DNA of 23,360 nucleotides, from positions 1 to 23,360 of the IMG/VR virus record IMGVR_UViG_3300005076_000001; one strand, given 5' to 3'. Positions 16,028 through 22,420 of this stretch are shown here, in pieces. This stretch comes from a virus. Lineage: Duplodnaviria; Heunggongvirae; Uroviricota; Caudoviricetes. The notes under the pieces are model-generated. The model saw nothing but the letters and a program-made list of their open reading frames with translations. It had not been told where the DNA came from and searched no databases. Each line of letters begins with the position of its first letter. Positions within the stretch are counted from its first letter, which is position 1. The position numbers were made by a program, and so were the translations under genes.

Positions 16028-16471
16028 TTATTCTCCTAATGTGTAAACAACAGGCTGGAAATGCTTTGCCTCTGTTTCAATAATTTTCTCAATAACTTCC
16101 CAATCTCCATTAGCCAACCCCGCACCAATCTTTGGAAACCCCACCTCACAAACATTATTCCACACAGCAAACATGCTGTCAATCTTTTTAATACATTCTG
16201 CGATAGCCTCGTAGGAGACATAACGAACATTCTTGTTACGTCCGTAATATTGCTGCGTAATGCAATTGAAGATTGTCACACCATCCGTTTCAGCAACAAT
16301 AACATTGCCAAGTGTCATGTCCCCTTGCATGTACGCTTCGTATGCTTCTGGGTATTGTTGTCGAATAGCTTGTGCAATTCCACTACCCATTTTGCGTTGT
16401 GCATTACATCCGTGCGCAATGTATTTTAATCCAGAAACAAGCAAGTCACCTTGTCGATAGATAATTCTCAT
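16028..16471 (-). CDS. macrodomain (ADP-ribose binding/hydrolase) protein, 147 aa
   Basis: GDLL...IAHGCNA..KMGSGIA..I...YP and FPKIGAGLANGDW..I motifs. Confidence 0.92.
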   Translation of the reverse strand: MRIIYRQGDLLVSGLKYIAHGCNAQRKMGSGIAQAIRQQYPEAYEAYMQGDMTLGNVIVAETDGVTIFNCITQQYYGRNKNVRYVSYEAIAECIKKIDSMFAVWNNVCEVGFPKIGAGLANGDWEVIEKIIETEAKHFQPVVYTLGE

Positions 16472-16482
16472 TTACTCTCTCC

Positions 16483-16899
16483 TTAATTAATAGCATCACA
16501 ATAAGCAAGGCTGGAAGCTTTAATCTCTTGTGCAAGCTTAACCCCATCTACCTCTTCTTGCCCATATGCTTTAGCAAGCTTATTCATAACAAACACACGT
16601 CCAGTGATTTCACCAACATTGTTTGCAGCAAGAACGTATGTACGTACATCAACATTACGTGAAGCTGCAAGGGTTTCCAAACTGTGTTTGTCGCCACGAA
16701 TAATGCTGTCAACAGCTAAATTAATGCCATCTACACATTGTTTCTTGGTTACATCTGTAGAATAGCGTGCTTTCAATTCGTTGTCAACATATTCTTTGTG
16801 TCTATCATCCATATACCAAAACGAAAGGAATGCACCAAGCAATGTACATGTTACAGTGTAGCCAACAACGCTGGCATACAGTTTTGTTTCTTTGTTCAT
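16483..16899 (-). CDS. hypothetical protein with N-terminal TM helix, 138 aa
   Basis: ORF track; GGAG SD; ATGA overlap. Confidence 0.85.
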   Translation of the reverse strand: MNKETKLYASVVGYTVTCTLLGAFLSFWYMDDRHKEYVDNELKARYSTDVTKKQCVDGINLAVDSIIRGDKHSLETLAASRNVDVRTYVLAANNVGEITGRVFVMNKLAKAYGQEEVDGVKLAQEIKASSLAYCDAIN

Positions 16900-17099
16900 T
16901 TCAGTTTCTCCTCTAATTTAACCATTCGTGCCATTATACGTGCTTTCTGAATTTTGTCAACAATATCGTCACGTCCTTTTGCTTTATAGCGTGTTACAGC
17001 AGCCTGAATAATACTTCTAGCACGTCGCACTACTTCTTGTGCAAGGTCTTCCACAGAAATGTTTTCATAATCAATATTACCAATACGTTTAGCTGACAT
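16896..17099 (-). CDS. hypothetical basic protein, 67 aa
   Basis: ORF track; GGAGG SD. Confidence 0.82.
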   Translation of the reverse strand: MSAKRIGNIDYENISVEDLAQEVVRRARSIIQAAVTRYKAKGRDDIVDKIQKARIMARMVKLEEKLK

Positions 17100-17527
17100 T
17101 AGATATTCGCCTCCATTTTTGCACGCATGGTTGCATCAAGTTCATTGCACCAAATATAAGTGTAGCCGTCTCGGCAGGCTTCTACACCTTGCCAAGGGTG
17201 TGAGCTGTATCCACCGTCACGAGGCCATTTAACATGGTACGATCTGCGCGAATTATCAGGATACACAAAATGAATCTGTGTGATGTCTGCATACTTCTTC
17301 AGACGCTCCAGCCAATGCTCACTGCCGTTATCAAATTCATACTCACCACCGTTTGAATCAACATCAATGAAGAACTCTTTGCAATAGCGGTATTCTTCAA
17401 TAACACCTTCCTCATCAATTTGTTCTGTGGTTGTAAGGTCGGCAATACAAATACCATTTACATGCTTCCAATCAAACACAATAGTTTCACAATTTTCCAG
17501 CACAAGTTCAAGTTTTACAGGTTTCAT
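17099..17527 (-). CDS. hypothetical protein, 142 aa
   Basis: ORF track; GGAG SD; 1-nt overlap with the polymerase-like gene. Confidence 0.85.
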   Translation of the reverse strand: MKPVKLELVLENCETIVFDWKHVNGICIADLTTTEQIDEEGVIEEYRYCKEFFIDVDSNGGEYEFDNGSEHWLERLKKYADITQIHFVYPDNSRRSYHVKWPRDGGYSSHPWQGVEACRDGYTYIWCNELDATMRAKMEANI

Positions 17528-18921
17528 TATTTCTTCTCCACAACACAGAATTTATCACTACCAACAACATCATAATACGCTTTACGCATCAGGTTGGCAA
17601 CATCATGTTCAATGCTTTCTCGCACAATAACACTATCATGCTCTGGGTACAACACTTCACCTTGTTGCAGAAGCTCTTGCATAACAATCTGAATAATATC
17701 ACTGTCTTTCTTTTGAAGCAAGATGCCAACATCAGAAAAGAAGTGATGGTCAATTGGTTTGTTTGCAGCCACAACAAGCTCACACAAATCGTTAGACGGG
17801 AATGTTTTTGTCAGCGAATACACACCAACATATTTTCTGTCTTTCTCATCTTTCTTCATGTCGTCATACACTTCCTTTGTCAAGGCATTTGCTGCCGGAA
17901 GCATTGGACGTTTTTCACCACGTTTTGCATTCAAGCAGGCCATGACAGCAAACTTGAACAAATTACGAATTGGGTTGTATTTGTACAAGCCGTATTTCTC
18001 GATGTGCTGGCCAATCTCTTCGTTATCAAGGCGAAGCACACACTCATAGCCTTTAGTCGTATACGGATTGTACACTCCATCCCATGCACGCTCAATCCAC
18101 ATGTCAACAAATGTTGGGTCAGCCTGCCATGCGTGGTCATAAAGAATGGATGGATGCAGAGCCTTAAAATCCAGTTCAACCACTTTCTCTCCGTTAATCA
18201 TAATACGTTTCCTATCCTCCTGTTTCATCACTTGAACACCACCAACGATGTTATAAAACCTTCCACCAAGCTCTAAGTTGTTGCTGAATACACGCTTGTA
18301 TTGTTGCACAGGGAGTGTGTTCCCGTCAAGCGTTAGATGCACATCACACAATTGTTTGTTGTATCTTTGCACCAGTGAACGTATTTCAGCCGTTCCTCTA
18401 ATCTTGCTATTCAGTAGTTGCTTTGTTTCTCTGTCTTTGATTTCAATCAAGTCTCCATCATAAGCCAAGTCTTCCTGAATGTCAATCCCACTCCACAACT
18501 CTTTATACTTATCAGTTATGAAGTATAAGCTAGGCACAGTGTCTTGCTTCTTTAGGTTGATGAATCCACCCTTGTAATAGACAAGAAATCCATTCGCACA
18601 CAAACTATCCAACACCTTACACATCTTGCGATAGCTGATACCTTGCTTGTTACATGTGTAAAGCTCCTTGTCCTTCGGCACTTGCATGTATCTAGCTTGT
18701 TGTTTCATGCTTCTAGCTGTGTTTGTCACTACACACCACAACTCTTTGACACATCCACTACCAACAACAGATAGAAGAACATTGTACACATCTTCATACT
18801 TCTTTGTCTTGTTGTAGTGTAGGTTATAGTGAGTAGATAGAGACAACAACACATCTCTTTCTTCTTTCTTCATCTTGTATAATTCTATCATTTCATTATC
18901 TCTTCTTCTCCTTCCATACAT
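17527..18921 (-). CDS. minimal family-A / T7-RNAP-like nucleic acid polymerase fold protein, ~464 aa (start uncertain: 18921 or 18894)
   Basis: GGRFY, motif A VELDFKALHP, motif B RNLFKFAVM, LQKKDSDII and motif C HDS, in the order found in PolA and T7 RNAP. Confidence 0.75.
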   Translation of the reverse strand: MYGRRRRDNEMIELYKMKKEERDVLLSLSTHYNLHYNKTKKYEDVYNVLLSVVGSGCVKELWCVVTNTARSMKQQARYMQVPKDKELYTCNKQGISYRKMCKVLDSLCANGFLVYYKGGFINLKKQDTVPSLYFITDKYKELWSGIDIQEDLAYDGDLIEIKDRETKQLLNSKIRGTAEIRSLVQRYNKQLCDVHLTLDGNTLPVQQYKRVFSNNLELGGRFYNIVGGVQVMKQEDRKRIMINGEKVVELDFKALHPSILYDHAWQADPTFVDMWIERAWDGVYNPYTTKGYECVLRLDNEEIGQHIEKYGLYKYNPIRNLFKFAVMACLNAKRGEKRPMLPAANALTKEVYDDMKKDEKDRKYVGVYSLTKTFPSNDLCELVVAANKPIDHHFFSDVGILLQKKDSDIIQIVMQELLQQGEVLYPEHDSVIVRESIEHDVANLMRKAYYDVVGSDKFCVVEKK

Positions 18922-19069
18922 ACCAAGTCACTACACACATGTAGATAGTGGAACGTATTTGCTGTAAGTGATTGATACACAAAGAAATATGACTATTTCA
19001 GGTGTGTTCCCATGCTTGCATTGTAGACGTTGCTTGCCTGTTGTGCAAGAACTATTTCTCTATACATTC

Positions 19070-19097
19070 AGTATACCACATAATTCTTTATTGTCAA
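19070..19097 (-). promoter_or_regulatory. leftward promoter for the polymerase-like gene
   Basis: TTGACA-16 bp-TATACT with TGTGG extended -10. Confidence 0.75.
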
Positions 19098-19132
19098 TAG
19101 CTTGGTAGCTTTTTCATTTAACACATTCTTTA

Positions 19133-19161
19133 TTGACTTTATAGACATGTCATGGTATAAT
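19133..19161 (+). promoter_or_regulatory. rightward promoter (divergent pair)
   Basis: TTGACT-17 bp-TATAAT with TGn. Confidence 0.85.
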
Positions 19162-19184
19162 AGAAGGACAATAGGAGAAACACC

Positions 19185-19736
19185 ATGTCAATGCAAGATA
19201 GTCCTGTGTTCTGTCATTTGCTTGTAGACACACAAAGCAAAACAGAACGTACAACAGAAGCCATCCTCAAGCAGAACGGATGGAAATTCATTCAAGATGG
19301 ACGTTACACATCCTCTTCCCCTCTTACCATTTCCAGTGGCTCCAAAACAAAGCTGACGTTCTCTTTGACACAGCTTGCCTACCAAGATGGACGTTTGCTT
19401 GACTTAGCTTACAACCAATCTTCCAACAAATTTATGCCTACACAGGTGGGAGCAACCTACCTAGCTAACATTCGCTTCAAGGCTAAAAGTAGCAGCCAGA
19501 ACAACATTCTCGATGTATCTCTTGAAAGCCCTAACGTAAGCTTCAACCCAATTGTAGCTGAGTCTATTACATTCAACAAGAGTGCAAACACAGAACATTT
19601 CATCTCCATTACACAACCAATCTTTATTACGCAAGATGTTGTGACTAATGGGCTGGAAATCTATCTACTACCTACAGGTGGTAATTTGTCTGTGTACGAT
19701 TATTCCGTATTTGTTCAAAAGACATTCATTCCCTAA
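19185..19736 (+). CDS. hypothetical beta-rich protein, 183 aa (possibly virion-associated)
   Basis: ORF track; AGGAG SD; Ser/Thr-rich beta-strand pattern. Confidence 0.88.
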   Translation: MSMQDSPVFCHLLVDTQSKTERTTEAILKQNGWKFIQDGRYTSSSPLTISSGSKTKLTFSLTQLAYQDGRLLDLAYNQSSNKFMPTQVGATYLANIRFKAKSSSQNNILDVSLESPNVSFNPIVAESITFNKSANTEHFISITQPIFITQDVVTNGLEIYLLPTGGNLSVYDYSVFVQKTFIP

Positions 19737-19742
19737 GCCTAA

Positions 19743-19770
19743 TTGACATATATGCATTCCATGTTATAAT
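19743..19770 (+). promoter_or_regulatory. promoter
   Basis: TTGACA-16 bp-TATAAT with TGn. Confidence 0.8.
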
Positions 19771-19801
19771 AAAATGTTAAATAGTGTAACAAGGAAATAG
19801 C

Positions 19802-20248
19802 ATGGAACAATATGACGACGAAGCAAATGTAGAAGATGGCTTGCCTTCGGCAAAACAAGGGAAGACAGCTTTAGATCAAACACACAAGCTGTCTCCTCTG
19901 CAAAAACGTCTGAAGAAAATCACAGACAAAGCCATTGCAAAGCTTGAGAGTGTTCTTGATAACAAAGAAGCAACAATTAAAGAGCAAATGGATGCAGCAA
20001 AGACATTGACGTCTATGTACATTGATGTGACAAAAGAGCTTAACAACGACAGCATGAAGAAGACCCTCATTCAGTTAAAGCTTAGTGGTGCTTTGAATGC
20101 TCCTCGTGAAAAAGCAATTGAAGGGGAAACATTTGCTGCTCCTATTTTCATGCCTGACACAATTGTTGGTGATGGCCTGATTGAACAGGGTGGTAGGAAA
20201 GAGATTGAAACAAATGTTGATTTGTCAGGGTATGATATTTCACAATAA
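19802..20248 (+). CDS. hypothetical helical protein, 148 aa; candidate terminase small subunit
   Basis: ORF track; AAGGA SD; size, helical pattern and position upstream of terL; function is inference only. Confidence 0.6.
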   Translation: MEQYDDEANVEDGLPSAKQGKTALDQTHKLSPLQKRLKKITDKAIAKLESVLDNKEATIKEQMDAAKTLTSMYIDVTKELNNDSMKKTLIQLKLSGALNAPREKAIEGETFAAPIFMPDTIVGDGLIEQGGRKEIETNVDLSGYDISQ

Positions 20249-20251
20249 CCC

Positions 20252-20279
20252 TTGACAACAATGCATTTTGTGGTATGAT
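20252..20279 (+). promoter_or_regulatory. promoter for tRNA/thioredoxin unit
   Basis: TTGACA-16 bp-TATGAT with TGTGG extended -10. Confidence 0.75.
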
Positions 20280-20501
20280 AAGAATATGGAGAGAGGAAGA
20301 AACATTCATGATGTTGAAGCCGTTGTGTATGTTTGAATTTGCTTTCTTCTCTTCATTCTTGTTGTGTTAAGAGTGTCTTTGGATACTTCGGATTGTGGGG
20401 TGTCACATTAAGGTTTGTGACCACGGTTGCACAACATATGTTCTTTTCCAAGCCCATTAGCGATAGTGGGTTTCAGAAAGAAGCTTGCTTCTACAATTTA
20501 T

Positions 20502-20573
20502 GCTACCTTAGTTTAGTTGGGAAAATTTCGGTTTTGTAGTCCGAAGTCGTCAGATCGTACCTGACAGGTAGCC
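20502..20573 (+). tRNA. atypical tRNA-Thr(UGU) or tRNA-like RNA
   Basis: Acceptor GCTACCT/AGGTAGC, D-arm GTTT/AAAT, anticodon loop TT-TGT-AG, T-stem GTCAG/CTGAC; T-loop ATCGTAC, U31-U39 mismatch, no encoded CCA. Confidence 0.75.
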
Positions 20574-20593
20574 CCGAACAATAAGGAGAAATA

Positions 20594-20848
20594 ATGAAAC
20601 TAATTAAGTTCAGCGCCCAGTGGTGCTCACCGTGCTCTGTAATGACAGCACTGATGAAACACAATAACATTTACGACAAATTTGAACACGTAGATGTTGA
20701 TGAAAATGCAGAGCTTGTAGCTCAATATAAGATTCGTGGTGTTCCAACAATCATTCTTGCTGACGATGATGGCAATGTTGTTCGTTCCATCTCTGGCAAT
20801 GCAACAGCAGATCAATTGCTTGCTATTGTAAAAGAAGCCGGCAAATGA
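20594..20848 (+). CDS. thioredoxin-like protein, 84 aa
   Basis: KFSAQWCSPC CxxC site, VDVDEN.EL..QY.IRGVPT; AAGGAG SD. Confidence 0.93.
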   Translation: MKLIKFSAQWCSPCSVMTALMKHNNIYDKFEHVDVDENAELVAQYKIRGVPTIILADDDGNVVRSISGNATADQLLAIVKEAGK

Positions 20849-20982
20849 AAGACATTATTATTTTCCGTTCTGCTTTTCTCGTAGGGCTTCTCCTGTTCTA
20901 CGTTCTTGCTGCTGTTGTAGCAATTGGCTCTCTTCCTTTCACGTTGTATTACGCTCTTTTCCAAGCTTCTCCTCCTAAATAA
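20845..20982 (+). CDS. small membrane protein, 45 aa (MKDIIIFRSAFLVGLLL...)
   Basis: Translated by hand; ATGA coupling to thioredoxin stop; long hydrophobic stretch. Confidence 0.6.
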   Translation: MKDIIIFRSAFLVGLLLFYVLAAVVAIGSLPFTLYYALFQASPPK

Positions 20983-21049
20983 AACATTCATTTCTCTCCT
21001 GACGTGTTCTCTCCTCCGCTGCTTCTCCTCAGCGTGACACGTCTTTTCG

Positions 21050-21084
21050 CCCTCTGCCCTTCTATCCGAGGGTAGGGGGTTTTT
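21050..21084 (+). terminator. Rho-independent terminator
   Basis: CCCTCTGCCCTTC-TATCC-GAGGGTAGGGGG stem (G-U pairs, one bulge) followed by TTTTT. Confidence 0.8.
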
Positions 21085-21138
21085 CTCATTGCATTCGAAA
21101 AATTCCCCGTGGAGGGTATTTTCATTAACAGGTATATT

Positions 21139-21414
21139 ATGACAAACAAAACAAATAAACAGCTACGTCTTGTACGGCAAGATGGTAGTGTAAGTATTCG
21201 TGTCGTGCTTGTAGACGACAATGGTGAAGTGGTGCATATTGGCTCTGAGCCTTTTAGCTTCTCTGCAAATGATATTGATAAGCTGCTGCTAATGCATGGT
21301 GAAGCGGCTTTGTGTTTCAAGAAACCAATTCTAACACAGCCAACAAAGCGAGGCAACGCAGGTAAGATGGAAGCCTTGACATTTGAGCCGGAAGATTGGG
21401 AGGATGATGAATGA
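21139..21414 (+). CDS. hypothetical protein, 91 aa (MTNKTNK...)
   Basis: Start moved to ATG 21139 (CAGGT SD-like); acidic tail; ATGA overlap with next gene. Confidence 0.8.
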   Translation: MTNKTNKQLRLVRQDGSVSIRVVLVDDNGEVVHIGSEPFSFSANDIDKLLLMHGEAALCFKKPILTQPTKRGNAGKMEALTFEPEDWEDDE

Positions 21415-21692
21415 CAACATATTTTGTCTGTGAAACATACGTCTCTGCTTATTACACGTTTCACGCAGAGAGTAAGAAGCTTTCTATGATGCGTGGGTAT
21501 GTTGGTAGTCAAGCTACGCTTTCTTATACGTTCGGTGGTGAGCAATATGTTTGCCTAGATGTTGGTAGTTTCATGTCTAAGCTACGTGCTGGTGAAGTGG
21601 CTGTGGGTAGTGTAGTGGTGTTGACATTCTCTGCTTCTTCTAGTATTGTTGATGAGATTGGTAAGTGGAAAGTTAATCTTGTTGAACGATAA
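21411..21692 (+). CDS. hypothetical protein, 93 aa
   Basis: ORF track; GGAGG SD; ATGA overlap. Confidence 0.8.
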   Translation: MTTYFVCETYVSAYYTFHAESKKLSMMRGYVGSQATLSYTFGGEQYVCLDVGSFMSKLRAGEVAVGSVVVLTFSASSSIVDEIGKWKVNLVER

Positions 21693-21703
21693 AGGAGAAT
21701 GAT

Positions 21704-22420
21704 ATGCAAGTCAAAGATAACCTAGAAGGTCAACGCTTTGAACGATTGGTTGTGGTTGCTTATGGTGGGACTGTTTCTGGGTATCAAAGAACATGGGTTT
21801 GTTTGTGTGATTGTGGTAAAACTGTGAAAGTACGACAAGGAAATCTTCTATCTGGAAATACAAAATCCTGTGGCTGTCTTGGATTACAAAACAACCTGAA
21901 ACACGGTATGGCACACACTGAAGAGTATCGCATCTGGAGGAAAGCAAAAGAACGCTCCAATGGCAAAGGGAAGGCGAAGTACCTTGACCATGATATCAGT
22001 ATGTCAGAAGAGTTTTGTAATGATTTTATGGCCTTCTATGAGCACATCGGGGAAAGACCAAGTGAGTATCATTCTTTGGGTAGGATAGATAATTTCAAAG
22101 GGTATGAGCGTGGAAATATTCGATGGGAGACGCTGACAGAACAATCTCGGAATAAGAGCAAATACAAGAGCAATTCATCTGGTAGTTGTGGCGTCTCTGT
22201 TCGCAATCGCAAAAATGGTTACACATACTATGTAGCGACAGCGGTTATCAACGGTGAGAGATTTAGCAAGGAGTTTTCTGCGAATCTGTATGGCGACGAG
22301 GTTGCCCTTTTCTTGGCAACAGAGCAACGCGATCAGTGGATGCTGATTAATGAGTTGTGTTTTGGAATCAAGTATGCTCCCACTCATGGTTTAAGTAAGG
22401 AGGAGTATGAGCAAAAATAA
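21704..22420 (+). CDS. HNH-like homing endonuclease with CLCDCG zinc motif and AP2-like tail, 238 aa
   Basis: CLCDCG...TKSCGC, GERPS..HSLGRIDNFKGYE.GNIRW.T..EQ.RNK; AAGGAG SD. Confidence 0.82.
   Translation: MQVKDNLEGQRFERLVVVAYGGTVSGYQRTWVCLCDCGKTVKVRQGNLLSGNTKSCGCLGLQNNLKHGMAHTEEYRIWRKAKERSNGKGKAKYLDHDISMSEEFCNDFMAFYEHIGERPSEYHSLGRIDNFKGYERGNIRWETLTEQSRNKSKYKSNSSGSCGVSVRNRKNGYTYYVATAVINGERFSKEFSANLYGDEVALFLATEQRDQWMLINELCFGIKYAPTHGLSKEEYEQK

Noticed and set aside
18984-19002. T7-like phage promoter (AATATGACTATTTCAGG)
   Set aside because: Only partial resemblance to TAATACGACTCACTATAG, a single copy, and not upstream of a + strand gene start
20527-20545. Amber suppressor or Tyr identity for the tRNA
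   Set aside because: No CTA in the loop; placing GTA as the anticodon destroys the stem; canonical spacing gives TGT
2049-21138. Longest-ORF starts at 2049, 5444, 8784, 9163, 13178, 15265 and 21109
   Set aside because: Downstream in-frame ATGs have proper SD spacing and avoid long overlaps with neighbouring genes, hairpins or promoters
793-22387. Numerous antisense or overlapping ORFs in the track (e.g. 1255-1674, 5124-5591, 10208-10714, 17605-18276, 20988-21545)
   Set aside because: They are shadows of SD-supported genes on the other strand or frame and lack SDs and recognisable motifs
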